From the NCBI GenBank assembly GCA_030390025.1, contig CM059438.1, positions 68,636,001 through 68,700,000 on the forward strand: 64,000 nucleotides of DNA. The letters are read 5' to 3'. The position numbers were made by a program, and so were the translations under genes. This stretch comes from Squalus acanthias (taxonomy: Eukaryota). The notes beneath the pieces were generated by a model. That model worked only from the letters and a program-made list of their open reading frames with translations. It did not search any database and was not told the origin of the DNA. This document shows positions 50,421 to 64,000 of the stretch, in pieces (the first letter of the stretch is position 1; each line of letters opens with the position of its first letter).

Positions 50421-51289
50421 AGGAGTTTGTGGCACGGGCAATGTTTGCTGGTATTAGCAGAAGTGCCAATGCAAGTGTACATGCTTACTCTTCCTCCTCA
50501 GAAGGCATGGCATGGCAGCAATGCCAACGTTTCTCTCCTGCTCCCTCAGGACATAACATGCACATACCACTGCTTAGAACACTCTTGGAAACAGAGGGTG
50601 GTGGCACAGTTCCAGTTCAAAGTTCAGCTTGTAAAGGGTACTGCCAACTAAAACACGGCACTAGCTAATTTGCCAAATCCTGGGCCTAGGAGGGAGGTGT
50701 TCAAGGCACAGGAGTGCTGTTTGAGGTGCTTAGGTAGCTATTAACATCAGTTTACAGCCCAAGCCTGCAAACAATCACAGAGCGAGGATCAGGACAGCTG
50801 CTGGACCAGACACGCAACTCACCCAGTATGTGGAGATTTCCCTCATGCTTTTAGCCAAGTAATGCAGAAAAGATAACCAAGGGTGAGTTACTAGGCTTGA
50901 TCCCGCCCGAGCAAGTACCCGCCATTCTTAAATATTCTTCCCAAATTCACTTTCTTAATCCTTCCCACTGGAGCTACACCTGCCAGACAGCTGCAGAACG
51001 CACAAAATGTCGAATGATTTCAGGAGAGGTAGAGAGATCTGTCCAGGCTGTGAGCCCATGCCATATATAAATGTTATGGGCAAGGGATTGGTATCCTACT
51101 GGACCTGCTGTCAGATGGGAGTTAATAGATATTTTCTATATCAGCAGCAGCAGTGCACCTCCACCATCACTACAGTCCAGCAGGATGCATTTCTAGTTAG
51201 TGCAGAGCACCATGGAGTGAATGGCATCTTCACGGCTATCTGCAAGACTGTGAGGGACCAAGGACATAACCATGTTCTCTCACGGATAT

Positions 51290-51773
51290 CGTGACTGGTG
51301 TTATTGAAACCCTGAGCGCCCAGTTACGTGAACCTGCTGAATTTTACTGACCGGCTGATTATTTGGAAAGAACAGTAATGTCAAGCGATACCCACATTGG
51401 AGAACCTCTATGGGCTGTTTTCATGTAATCATTTTCACAGAGTTTCACAGAGTGAATTAAAGTGGTTGCATTAACAATTATCATGTCGTTAAAAGCGTAC
51501 TTATGCTCTTAATTACCGATCCTAACTTTCTGCGCTGGGTTTAATGGGCAATTAATGTGCAAATCCAGCAAGTTCTTAGAAATAGCGGGGAGGCTAAGGG
51601 CGAGATGCAGTTTGAGTGCAGCAAATGATGGAGCGGCCTAAATCGACCAGCAAGTACTGCAGATTCGCAACTCACGGCGTATCTCTTAATCTCCTGAACT
51701 TGCTGGCTGATTTGCGCATTGATAACGGCGAGCGTCGTTAACAAGCCATTATTTTTCCAGCAAGATTTGTCCC
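51290..51773. mobile_element. Probable Harbinger-type MITE end, left boundary unresolved
   Basis: CpG-containing segment ending CAAGATTTGTCCC, which resembles the other TIRs. Confidence 0.35.
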
Positions 51774-51780
51774 GATGTCA

Positions 51781-52930
51781 AGAGTTTTAAACAAAATTAG
51801 GGCTCATGGGATTGGGGGTAATATACTAGCATGGATTGAAGATTGGTTAACGGACAGAAAACAGGGAGTAGGAATAAACGGATCATTTTCGGGTTGGCAG
51901 GCTGTAACTAGTGGGGTACCGCAAGGATCAGTGCTTGGGTCTCAGCTATTCACAATCTACATCAATGATTTGGATGAGGGGACCAAATGTAATATATTCA
52001 AGTTTGCTGATGATACAAAGCTGGTTGGGAATGTAAGTTGTAAGGAGGATGCAAGGAGGCTTCAAGGGGATACAGACAGGCTAAGTGAGTGGGCAAGAAC
52101 ATGGCAAATGGAATATAATGTGGAGAAATGTGAAGTTATCCACTTTGGTCGGAAAAATAGAAAAGCAGAGTATTTTTTAAATGGTGAGAGATTGGGAAAT
52201 GTTGGTGTTCAGAGGGACCTGGGTGTCCTTGTACACGAATCACTGAAAGTTAACATGCAGGTACAGCAATCAATTAGGAAAGCAAATGATATGTTGGCCT
52301 TTATTACAAGAGGATTTGAGTATAAGAGTAAAGACGCCTTACTGCAATTATATAGGGCCCTGGTGAGACCACACCTGGAGTATTGTGTACAGTTTTGGTC
52401 ACCTTACCTAATGAAGGATATACTTGCCATTGAGGGAGTGCAACGAAGGTTCACCAGACTGATTCCTGGGATGGGGGAATTGTCCTATGAGGAGAGATTG
52501 AATAGACTAGGCCTATATTCTCTAGAGTTTAGAAGAATGAGAGGTGATCTCATTGAAACATACAAAATTCTTACAGGGCTTGACAGGGTGGATGCAGGGA
52601 GGATGTTTTCCCTGGCTGGGGCGTCTAGAACCAGGGGTCACAGTCTCAGAATAAGGGGTCAGCCATTTAAGATGCAGATGAGGTGAAATTTCTTCACTCA
52701 GAGGGTGGTGAATCTTTGGAATTCTCTACCCCAGAGGGCTGTGGAGGCTCAGTTGTTGAGTATATTCAAGACAGAGGTCGATAGATTTGTGGATATTAAG
52801 GGAATCAAGGGATATGGGGATAGTGCAGGAAAGTGGAGATGAGATAGAAGATCAGCCATGATCTTATTGAATGGTGGAGCAGGCTCGAGGGGCTGAATGG
52901 CCGACTCCTGCTCCTATTTCTTATGTTCTT
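51781..52930 (+). mobile_element. 5'-truncated CR1, same subfamily as CR1-A
   Basis: ORF 51775-52686 with GVPQGSVLG, FADD, RPHLEYC; nearly collinear with 10750-11906; TATGTTCTT tail. Confidence 0.95.
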
Positions 52931-53304
52931 GGTGTTCTTAATTATGCTCCAGCATTCCAAACCTCCTTGCCTCATCAAAGACTGTTAAGGCTTTCCCTTT
53001 AGCAAACCTGAATGCCCTCACAGCTTCCTGTTTCAAAAGCCAGTTTTTTCCGCAGGCCTCTCTGCCACAGCAACTTCCTCACATCTCCCTTATCTCCATC
53101 TTTACAGACTGAGATAAAAGAGTTGTCCAACACAGTGAATGTGAGGTGTTGTTCTGATTACCCAGGCAAGCTAATGAATTGCTTAGTAGTTAGACTCTGT
53201 GGAAATCAACTTCCAACTTGCAAATTAACCACCTTCTGTCTAGTTGCTCCTTTTGTTAAATTTGTGAAAATACACGTTTGCTTTTTATATAAAAAAAACA
53301 TTAA

Positions 53305-54011
53305 GGGCTGGAAATTGGGTACCTTAGCGCCTCCCGTTAGTGTCTCCGGGGTGGTGACGGGGCAGAAACTAATTTCAGCGAGAGTTTATCGGCGGCGGCG
53401 GCAGTAACCGGTAGCGCCCCGCTCCGCTGCGCAGGCGATGATGACGTCATCACCGTGCACAGCGCCCCATTTTCGCCCCACCTGCAACTTGGCCCGCGCC
53501 CCCTGAATCTGCGCCGGGCGATGACAGTGACCGATTCAAGGGGTGGGAACAGAGCGGCAGGAGGCTCGCGGGGCGCTACGTAAAGGGGAGGTGGCGGGCG
53601 GGGGGAAAAAAACGGCCGACTTACTTGTCGCGGCCCGTTGCGTCTTTGAACGTGGTGTCCGTGCCGCGATCTGTGAGCCCGGCACTTCTCTTGTTTGCTG
53701 GGCTGCTGGCACGGCACCCCGCTACCCTGGTGGTCCAGGTAGGGCCCCGCCGAGTTGTTGGCTTGGGCCCTCCCCTTTAATGAGGGGTAGAGCCCTTCCA
53801 CGTGGCAGCGCTATGTGGCCCAGTGCGTAGCGCTGCAGAACGCACTGCCCCGATATTCGGGGTCAGCGCTCTAAGAAGGAAGTGGAACGCTTGTATTAGC
53901 ACTCCACCTCCCTCTTGGGGCGCTAAAACTGAATTTTGTGGTTGCCCGGTGCTAAAGTTAGCGCCCAGGCGATGTTAGCGCCCCAAAATGGTCGACACCG
54001 ATTTTTTTCCC
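53305..54011. mobile_element. Harbinger-type MITE (AAATT-end group)
   Basis: Ends GGGCTGGAAATTGG / CCGATTTTTTTCCC; TAGCGCC motifs; TGACGTCA at 53442; ATTAA on both flanks. Confidence 0.8.
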
Positions 54012-54822
54012 ATTAAAAGTGACTCTTGCTTTCAAATCTTTTCCATGGAAAATAGTCAAACATCCCAAAAGGTGACTGCAATGAATATTCTTTTTTTCCC
54101 TCTGCTTAATTGAATGTAATGTAATGTTGAAAAGGCACAGTAGCAAACCAGTTTACCCCAGTGATATTCACATTTTTATATTGAATGTAGAAGGCAATGA
54201 GTAGTCTGTTGATCCAACTGTTGGATAGAATTTTTTGTTTTCTTTACTACTGCCATGAATATTTGAATATATTTTTAGGACAGCTGTTGAATGCAAAACC
54301 ACCAGCCATTCTGTCACTGACTGTGTTTCGTATTCAACCAAAAGAGAATGACTATTTTGCAATTAAAATTTGTTTCTTACTGGGTGTGATAATTAATCCA
54401 CTGTCAACTAATTTCAGTGAAGCCTCATTATTACAGTAGCATGGTGACTGACAGTAGCTGTTAATCAAGGCTCCCTCTTATTCAGGTTAAACTTACACTG
54501 TTGATTCGAATGAAGCTGCAGCAGTGACATGGGATAACAAATTTTACTGTAATGGGACGTTTGTAATAATGAAGGATCATCCTATTACTTGTAGCAAATT
54601 TAAGAATTATTGATATCACTTTCAGTCAGTTATCAACTGAAAACAAAAGGATTTTAATGAGTATTTTTGCAGGATTTGGAAGTGCTTTATTCATGTCACT
54701 TTGTCACAGTTATATGTTGCCAGTGGGTTCATGATTCTCATTTCCCTCAATATTTTCCTTCAGCCTGCACCATTCGTTGAATGGTTTATTCCGGGGCAAC
54801 ACCAGCTTACACTGCTGAGGTT

Positions 54823-54923
54823 AGGAGGTGAGCCCAAGAGGGAGTGAGGTGAGATGGTAAGTGAGGAGGTGAGCCCAAGAGGGAGTGAGGTGAGATGGTA
54901 AGTGAGACGGTGAGCCCAAGAGG
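54823..54923. repeat. 41-bp tandem repeat, about 2.5 copies
   Basis: AGGAGGTGAGCCCAAGAGGGAGTGAGGTGAGATGGTAAGTG units at 54823, 54864 and 54905 (partial). Confidence 0.92.
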
Positions 54924-55299
54924 TAGTCAAGTCAGGAAGAGCCAAGTCCCATAGTGCAGAACACCACCAAAAAGAGTAAGAAAGAAACCAGATAAATTCA
55001 GAAGTAGTGATAAGGGGATGCCAAGCTTCACTTTTAAAAGTCTGCAGATTGTGGCAGAGACTGAGAGGGGGTAAAGATTGTAACAGTTTTAAGATCCTGA
55101 ATCTGAGGGGAACATGATGTGATGAATCTGAAATTCAGTGCTTTGCACGTGCAGGGAGCAGGAGGGTGTAGGGTGGAGTTTTTAAAGTTGAAGAATTCAT
55201 GCTGATCATTACTGCAGTAATGGAGGAATGAATTCACCAGACAGCCAAGAGTATTTGAGTTGACATAATGCTCTGCATTTCCTTCCCATTGGCACATTA

Positions 55300-58135
55300 A
55301 TGATGGAGTAGCAATATTGCCCACTAATGTAAATCCATTGCTAACCCGTTGTAATTTGCACTCTTATATTTGTCGTGCAGAGTGGGTTTGTACCAGTAAT
55401 ACTGTTCCTGATAGGTTTATCACCGCTAGGAGAGAGGGAAAAACAATTCTGAGGTAGCCTTTACATGGCTGCAGTCTGTTGAATGGGGAAGGGTGGGGGG
55501 GGGAGGGAGTGGGGGGGCATCAGTTTCTGAGCAGCAGGAAGATGAACAACAGTAATGCCAGAAGCAGCAAAATCCCTGTTTGCTGAAGTGAAAGCCAGAT
55601 GAGAAAGATTGCTGAGCACAGAGGGCAGGAACCCCATAAGAGGGTGGTCCCGGCTGTCTGGAGGAGGGTGGCAGAGTCAGGACAACTTGCACCACTCCGA
55701 TAACCGTCACATAATTCAAGACGAGATTCGATGACCTCATAAGGGTGGTCAAGGGTAGTTGAAGCACTCTTACAATACACATCCTCTACCACTCATGTTG
55801 CCTTCACTCACTGCCTGACCTATCATAATCTTTCTCTCTCAGCATCTGGGTGACAGGTGAACTCAGTTCTCAAGGGGAACCTCAGTAAACACTCAACACC
55901 TTCTTTACTCAAAATCACTCTGGCAACTCACATAGCCTGCCACAAGGATTACATCTACTTTTAAAGGACACTTTACTTAATTTGACAATGCACCTCCACA
56001 TCTCATCATCATGGGGGCTAATATCTAAGCCACTCACATGCCCTTAAAATTGTCTTGTCTCCCTCCAAAGGAAAATATGCCTATGGCCAGCGCCAAAGAA
56101 ATGCAACTGGGGAGGGGCAGCTGTGCTAAAAACCTAGAGTGTACGTTAAGAGGAAGCACTGCAAATGTTGGGTAGGCGGACCTGTGGGAGAGGGCAGGAT
56201 TGGAGGTGAAGTGGCAACAGATGCTTGGTAACAGCTGGGAAATGCTCATCATAGGTGGTGTCAGTTTTAAGTGCTTTTTCCAAGTATTGCACTTAGCAAC
56301 TATTTCTTCAATGAGGAATGTCACTGTGTGCGCACCTAAATAAGCTCTTCTGTGTTTCACTGCACAGTTGAAGGAAAAGGCCGGCCACAATGACCACCCA
56401 GCCACTTGAACTGGTGAATTACCTCCTGGAACCACAGCCTCAACTGCTGCCACTCGCTCACCAATTCCATCATGGTATCTTACTTGCGCAACCACCAGCA
56501 CAGAAACACCCTTGGGAGCTAGTAGTTAGTGAGTCATAAGGACTATCAGTGGGTGAAGTACTGTGCTGTAGTGAAAAAAAGGACCTGGGAGTAGAAGAGA
56601 GGGAGAGTGCCGTTCCTCTATTAAGAATGGAGAAACTACCTCCCTCAACTGAGGACTCTTAGGGACCCAGGTCTCAGAAGCCCGGTCTTCAAAAGAGCTA
56701 TGATTAAAGACCATCAATCTCATGTACAGGCAGTGGAGACAGTTTCCAGACATGGTTGAGATTATGAACAAGTGAGAGGAGTTCAACATCCTCATCTGCA
56801 GCCAATGGCACAAAGTTTCCACAAACTGCAAAACAGACTGAAGACTATGACAGCCTGAGAGATTTCTGTGGTTTCAAGAGGCCAGGAACAGCTTCTCAGG
56901 ACATTGGTAGCTTCTGGAACGGCAGCTGCCATAGATACTTTGAAGAGAATACTTTATAGGACACTCTTGTAGTGGCAAGGGTCTCATTGTATCGGTTGAC
57001 CACCTCTGTCTATTGAAACCTTATTGGAGTTTCAAGGCATGACTGCAGGGGATATAGCTGTTCATCAATCAACCACCAGGCACATGTCATGAGGACTGGC
57101 ATGGTAGATTGTCTCCTCACATTATGAAAGCCTCACATCAGCTTCCTGTGTTTCGGCATTAACAATCAAGAGAAGATGATTGTCATTGCACTGTAGCTGG
57201 ACATTAATAGAATGAAAGCCTTTCCAATTCATCAAATTGAGGGAGTTGTTGTATGGGGCTTAGACTTCATCATAATTTCCATGAATTGCTACATGTGCCT
57301 TTTGGAACACTGTTAGTCTATCTAGCTGGATAGCTCTCACTTTCTCACTTTGTTTGTCTGCTTCCAGTGAGAATTTTTCAGCCCTCCTAAAGAGAGGATC
57401 AGTGACCTTCTTGACGCAGTGATGATCAGCTACCTGACGAATGTGACAAAGATTATCTGATGCTGCCTGGAAGGATCCAGAAACAAAGAAATTCAAGGCA
57501 GTGGTAACTTTGACCAGTTCAGAGAATGCTGTTCTCCTGATGGAAGTGGGTTGCAGGTCTTCAGCCAGCAGATTATATCTTTCCCCAATCAACTCTGTAC
57601 GGAAGTGTGGCCTTCTGAGGCATAAATGGTCAGAAAAGTAAGTGAGACTTTCTTGGTCTGTAGACCCTGATGAATGGCCATGAACACATAGCAACAAGAT
57701 ACCTTCTGTGAAGCCTAGCAGCTGATGTCATGACCGAATCTCCAAAGCAGAGGTAGATATGCAGGCAAAGTAACACCAACAAAGTAACAGCACACAAAAT
57801 GGCCTCCTCAATGTGGTATTCACCTCAGGGATATATTACTGCAGTCCCTACTGCCACTTATATAGTGGCAATAATTATTTGAGGAGGGAGTTTGGGATGG
57901 AAATTGGGGGCAATGGGTCGGAGGGTTTAGGCATGGTCCCGTAACCCCATTTATAGGAGGTAGATCAGGGTGCCCTGATGGCCTTAAAAAGGACTGGTAC
58001 TTTTTTGGGAGGATAATTCAGATGGAAATATTGTGCAGCCAATTTGAGGCTGCAAAAATTAAGAACTCCATTTATTCCATTTATCACCTCAAACCCAGCC
58101 TGAATTCGGTAGTAATTCAGAGGAAAATCCAGACC
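55300..58135. mobile_element. Older decayed PIF/Harbinger transposon: Myb-like remnants on +, transposase remnants on -
   Basis: TTALNFFVSGSFQAASDNLCHI and HVAI in ORF 57260-57697; KGFHSINVQL at about 57195-57225; RFDDLIRVVK near 55730; right end GGAAAATCCAGACC. Left end uncertain. Confidence 0.75.
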
Positions 58136-59439
58136 ACAATACCTGTAAAAAAAAAACTGTTTGGAATTATCTGAAACTTTTATGTCACAAAATCCATCCA
58201 AAAGATCATTCTGAAATGTCACTTCTATCTGTTACCTCAGTAGCTGCCAAGACTCGGGAGCTGTGTGTGGAAACCCCTCATTGCTTTCAGGCAAGCTTTT
58301 CATGATATCAGTGCTCGTACAGTAATTTTAGAATTAAGTGTGTTGCTATATACCCCGTTGAATAGTCCAGTTTAAACACATTTGACATTATGTCTGAATA
58401 GAATTAACTCAAGTTCATTTTAAAGGCGGTTTTGAGAACAGGTCTCCAACTGATAGTTTGAAATTTGGTTAAATTGCAAGTTGAGAGCGTTCAATGACAA
58501 TAAAACGTAGACATATTGTGGACATTTCAGTGAAGTGATTTAATTTTATCGTGCATTGGGTTCATGTAATTTTAACAGGTTACTTATTGGCAAATCATTT
58601 AAAGAAGAAAGGCTGTTTTCCACAACTGTCAGTTAAAGTAGACTTGACAGGAACTGGAACACTTTCCTGCTGATTTGTCATATTGGATTCCCAGTGAGAT
58701 TAGATTCCTAGGGCTGGCAGGTTATTTAGATGCTGAAGTGTACTGTCTTCAATTACTCCTCCATTGTAGCTGTCCCAATCAAAGATCTGTGTGTGTCAGT
58801 GTCAATTTTGTTCTGGTTTCAGTCTTTTCTAGTTGGGTTGCAAAATTATGTACCATCAAAGATTTCATCGGTGTGAGTGGAAACATCACGAAAAAATCCA
58901 GAATTATCTCTGGATTGGAGGATTTTCAGTTGTTAGTAGACATGCTGCGGCATTGGTAGTTAGGGATGGAGTCAGGGGCGGGATGCAGCAAAGTGGTCAG
59001 AAAAGAGAACAATCAGGAACAATGCGAACTGGAGCCAGGATGGATGAGGGTATGAGCCCTGAGGTGAATAGGGATGGAGTGAGATCAATTCCTGTTATGT
59101 AGCGAATTGGACCAGGGAAGTCCAGGGTCTCTAGGGTCAGTGTGCATTTCTGGGGCTGAGGCTGAGAGTAGAGGCATTCCTGGAGCTGAGGTCAGGAGTG
59201 GAGGCATTTCTGGAGTTAATGCTCAATGAATGCTGGTGAAAGCAGCAGGGACCATTCTATGTAACATGCAGGATATGTGCATTACTATTATACTATATAA
59301 TTAGAAGTCCTTATACATAGTTAGTTACAGTGCTATTTTTGTCAATATTATCTCAGATATTGTTCAAAGATTTGTTTTCATATGTGTCCATTCATGTGCA
59401 CATTTTGGCTGCCACTCCAGACTTTAGCTTATTTGTTCT

Positions 59440-60660
59440 AGCTCCTTTTTTTAGTCTTGGCCCCTCTCGGGCACCTCTCCTGTCTTCTCCCTGTTTAATC
59501 ATGGCACCCTTCCTTTATCCCCTCTCGGGTATATTGCCCTCCCAATTACTACGCCTCTGTCTTCCTATTTCTTGAATTCCATTTTGAATAAGCCAACAGC
59601 TACCCTCTGTGCCTCGCTTGGCAGTCTCCAAAGGGCCCATTGAGGCACTCATCACTGTCTCCCTATGAGCAGCAATCCCAACTGCTCCATCATCCTCTCA
59701 ACAATCTCAACTGCCCTATCATCCTTTCTCACCAACCTTCTCATCCAGCGTGCCCACCGGGACTAACCTCACCAACCTCCTTCATGCCCCCTCACCTTAC
59801 CACTATCCCATTCGACTGTGCCCATCTATCCTGCAAATCCCTGTTTGAATCTCTCCAGTCAGGTTTCCGACCCTGCCATTGCACCAAAATGGCCCTAACC
59901 AAAGCCACAAATGTCAATCCCTGCGACTGTGACCAAGGTGCATTACCCTTACGTGTCCTCTTCGACCTCTGTACAGCCTCCATAGTCCATCTTAGTGGGA
60001 CTGCTCTCGCTCGGTTCCACCCTTATCTATCCAATCATAGCCAGAGAATCTCCAGTAATGGTTTCTCTTCCCACCCCAAAACGGTTACCTCCAGAATCCC
60101 CAAAGATCTATCCTTAGCCCCGTCCTCTTCCTTATCTACCCGCTGCCCCTTGGCAACATCATCCACAGACATGGAGTTAGCTTCCGCATGTACGCTGCCG
60201 ACACCCAGGTGTACCTCTTCACCATCTTTCTTGACCCTTCCCCATGCCTCCGTGTTATTAGATCGCATGTCCGACATCCAGTCTTAAGTGAGCCGTAATT
60301 TCCTTCAATGTCTTCAGCCATTTCCATCAATTCCATCCCTCTCACTGGCCACTGTCTCAGGCTGAACCAGGTTGTTCACAAACCTTGATGTCTTATTCTA
60401 AGCTAAGCTAAGCTTCGAACTTTATATGTTCTCCATCACAACTCTCCTGAATGGCCTCCCATCCACCACCATCTGTAAACCTCAGCTCATCTAAAACTCT
60501 GCAGCATGTATCTTATCCCACAGCAAGTGCCTTCGTGCATCACCCGTGTTCTTGCTGACTTACATTGGCCTCCAGTGGCTCAAAATTAAAATTCTCATTC
60601 TTGTGTTTAAATCCCTCCATGACTTTGCCTCACACTATCTCTGTCACCTTCTCCAGCTGT
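59440..60660 (+). mobile_element. Decayed L2-clade LINE fragment
   Basis: SLFESLQSGFRPCHCT, YAADTQVY, LADLHW; homologous to 15775-17190. Confidence 0.8.
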
Positions 60661-61639
60661 AAAAATATGAGTTGTTGCTGACTTTATATGAAAATTTTTT
60701 CACAGCTACCTTTAAGTATTTACTGCTCCTAATTATTGTTCTAATTAGTTTTGATGCTGTCTGTCCTTTTCCATTGCTGGATTGGAGTGACGAAATGAGG
60801 CTTAAAAACAACAACAGATGTGCTATGTAAATGTTCAGTCTTGCTGTCAATCAAAAAAGATCCTGGTCTGTTCAGCATCCTACTAGCATTACAGAATCTG
60901 GTGGTACCCATTAGACTCAGGAGCGAGGTGACTTTTAGGAGCATCTGGTACTTTATGACTCACAGAGTGCAGTCTGGGAGTTATACGCTTCTGCCTGGTT
61001 CCCCATTTGTTTTCTTGTAATTTGTTGCCTTTAGGAATATGCTATTTAGAGTCATCATAATCAGATGCCAGCAGGACATACTGTGCATGTGGGACAAAGT
61101 ACAGCACTTTCCAAGTGTGATGGACATGCGGTGGACATGACTTTTTGCACTGAATTTCACTTTGTTTCTACAATTGTGAAGAGATTAAGAAAATGGGTTG
61201 ATGCTTCCAGTGTCAAGTCCCATCACTAATCAATGATCTGGAGACAATCGTAGATTAATTTATTTTCCTTCGGAGATGATGAAGTATTGAATTTCCTTCA
61301 GTAAGAAACATGATCTGTCCTAGCAGCCAGTGACTCAACCGGCTGAAGTGTTTTAATTGTGTTTTTTTGTTATTGTTTTTGGTCCCATTTGCTTTTTTGA
61401 TGCAGAGTGACATATATAGTGAAATCATCTGACCTAATCTTATACGTTCAACATCAATTTGAGGCTTGAGTTTGGATGCTGGCGGGTTACGCCTCTGTCA
61501 AAAAGAATTTATCTCAAAAACAAATAAAAGATGAGACGGATCTTATCTTCATATGATCAAAGATCAATCTTGTGCATTTAATAATCAATACATTTCAAAA
61601 ATATAGTTATTTTTTAGGATAATACATTATTTTTTACAA

Positions 61640-64000
61640 TGTGACAAGGTATAGGGACAGGGGTGGTGGCAGTATTGATCAAGGATAATATTACAGTTCT
61701 ATAGAGGGTCGATATAATAGAGGGTTCAAGGACTGAATCTATTTGGTTAGGGTTAAGGAACAGAAAAGGAACTGTTACAGAGTTGGGTGCTTATTACCCC
61801 CAAATAGTGAGGACATAGAGGAGCAAATCTGTAGGCAAATTTCAGAGAAATGTGAAAATAATACAGCAGTAATAGTAGAGGAATTCTATGACCCTAATAT
61901 AGACTGAGGAGAAAAACAGAGTGAAGGGCAAAGAGGGTGAAGAATTCCTAAAAGGTATACAGGAGAACTTTCTTAATCAGTATGTTTCTAGCCCAACGAG
62001 GAATGAAGCAGTGCTGGATGTAGTTTTGGGGAATGAAGTAGGCAAGTGGAGCATGTTTCAGTGGGAGAACATCTAGGTAATAGTAATCATAATATAATCA
62101 GGTTTAAAGTTGTTATGGAAAGGGACAGAGAAAAATCAAAAGTAAAAATACACAACTGGAAGAGAGCCAATTTCAGCGATTTAAGGAGGGATCTAGTACA
62201 GGTGGACTGGAAACAAAGATTGACCAGGAAGGCAGTAAATGAGCAATGGCAGTCCTTCAAGGCAGAGATAGTTCGGGTATAAACCAAGTATATTCCCATA
62301 AGGAGGAAAAATGGTGCCTTCGAAGCTAGAGCTCCCTGGATGATAAAGGAAATAGAGGTTAAACTAAAACAGAAAAAGGAGGTTTATGACAAATTTCAGG
62401 TACAGAATACAATTGAAAACCAGGCAGAATACAGAGAGTGCAGGGGGAAACTGAAAAAGGATATAAGAAGGGCAAAGAGAGAGTATGAGGAAAGATTGGT
62501 GGGTAACTTAAAAGGGATCCCAAAAATCTTTTAGAAACATATAAAAATAAAAGGATAGTTAAAGGAATTGTGGGGCCGATTAGGGACAGAAAAGGAAATC
62601 TTCTTGCAGAGGCAGAGGGCATGACTGAGGTACTGAGTGAGTACTTTGCATCGGTCTTCACAAAAGAAGAGGATGAAGTTAATGTTGCAGTAGAGGAGAG
62701 GGAAGTAGAGATATTGGATAGGATAAAAATACATAGAAAAGAGGTGCTAAATAGGTTGTTATCGCTCAAAGTTAGCAAGTCACCCGGTCCAGATGGGATG
62801 CCTCCTAGGTGACTGAGGGAAGCTAGGGTGGAGATAGCAGAATGACCACAATCTTTCAATCCTCCTTGGATGTGGGAATGGTGCTAGAGGACTGGAGGAT
62901 TGCAAATGTTACACCCCTGTTCAAAAAATGGGAGAGGAATAAACCCGTCAACTACAGGACAATAATCTAATGTCACATCTGGGAAAACTTCTAGAGACTG
63001 TTGTTAAGGACAAAATTAATTCTCACATAGAGAAGTATGGGTTAATAAGAGACAGCCAGCATAGATTTATTAAAGCAAATCGTGTCTGACTAATCTAATT
63101 GAGTTTTTTAATGAAGTAACAGAGAGGGTTCATGAAGGTACTGCAATAGCTGTTATACATACGGGGGTAAAAATTGGGTAGCGCTACCTTCGCCGGGGTG
63201 CTAGTTTTAGTGCCCCGAAAATGTTAGTGCCCCCACAGCTGATTTTCCCAGGTAGCACCCCGAGAGGAAGGAGGGGCGCTACTGGAAGCGCCCGCGTCCC
63301 TCTTGGGGCGCTGCGAACCAATATCGCAGCGCTGGCACTGCGGCACGTCGCGCCGTGGTACTGCAAGCTTTCCTCCCCTTATTAAAGGGGAGGTGCCTGG
63401 CGCAGCGTGTCCCGGCGCCCAGCTGGGCCACCAGGGATCGGGAGTGCCGGCAAATAAGCCGGCACTCAAGAGGAGTGCCAGGCTCACAGAGTGCAGCCGG
63501 CATCCCGCGAGGGGGGCTTCACGGGTGCCGGGGACAGCAACGGGGGCAGGTGCTGGCAGGCGGCCAGCAACAAAAATGGCCGCCCGCCACCTCCCCTTTA
63601 ACTAGTGCCGCCCCGGCCGCAGGTAGGCCCCCCTGACCCCGGCAGACATAGCGTCTGGCGGTAAGTCGGGGGGTGCCACCCAATATTACAGCCGGGGCAT
63701 GAGCAGGGTGCTGCGCACGGCGATGATGTCATCGCCGGCGGCATAGCGCGGCGCTAATGGTTAGCGCCGCTGCTAACCTCCCGCTGAATTTCGCGGGAGG
63801 TGTTAGCGGCGTCGCACCCAGGCGCTTGTTGATTTGTGCCCCATTAGCGCCCTCTTAAGGTGCTAACGGGAGGTGCAAATCAACCGAATTTAGCCCCCAT
63901 GGACTTTCAAAAGTCATTTGATAAAGTACCACATAACAGACTTATTCGGAAAATAGAAGCACATGGTATTAAAGGGACAGTGGTAACTTGGGTAAATAAT
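61640..64000 (+). mobile_element. Decayed CR1 ORF2 (APE to RT), runs off the window, interrupted by a MITE
   Basis: HLGNSNHNIIRF, YFASVFTKE, KSPGPDGM, NYR, MDFQKSFDKVPH. Confidence 0.9.
63163..63898. mobile_element. Harbinger-type MITE (AAATT-end group) inserted in the CR1 RT
   Basis: Ends GGGGGTAAAAATT / AATTTAGCCCCC; CR1 resumes at ATGGACTTTCAAAAG. Confidence 0.88.

Noticed and set aside
53012..53830. Cluster of 95-154-aa ORFs and a CpG-island-like promoter (likewise 63184-63636)
   Set aside because: Coincide with GC-rich Harbinger MITEs bounded by TIRs.
53300..54016. 5-bp TSD (ATTAA) around the 53.3-kb MITE
   Set aside because: Single instance in AT-rich flanks and not reproduced by sister elements; may be chance.
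54823..54923. CRISPR-like or other prokaryotic repeat array
   Set aside because: No unique spacers, no cas genes, and a vertebrate repeat context.
59145..59217. 30-bp tandem repeat, about 2.3 diverged copies
   Set aside because: Short, decayed local duplication with no further structure.

Overview
Eukaryotic, vertebrate, repeat-dense DNA, most likely from a cartilaginous fish (inferred from CR1 LINEs with TATGTTCT/TATGATTC-type tails, Deu-type SINEs and abundant GGG-ended PIF/Harbinger elements). I cannot support any host protein-coding gene; the window looks intronic or intergenic. Main contents: (i) a full-length but dead CR1 LINE (2248-11906, 7-bp TSD AACCTGC) split by nested insertions; (ii) several more CR1 and L2 copies, one with an open 637-aa RT frame; (iii) decayed two-gene PIF/Harbinger transposons (DDE transposase plus a convergent, spliced Myb/SANT-like gene) and about ten MITE-like derivatives falling into two terminal-sequence groups; (iv) a decayed Gypsy element with a 111-bp LTR and tRNA-Ser PBS; (v) a 1486-bp solo LTR; (vi) SINEs and simple repeats. 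I found no new enzyme system. The most unusual observations are a 521-bp local segment re-inserted 1.7 kb away inverted and circularly permuted, a CR1 5' UTR whose TATA box sits 25 bp before a repeat of the element's own first bases, and two Harbinger groups with apparently different footprint lengths. All coordinates were read by eye; ends of old elements are approximate.
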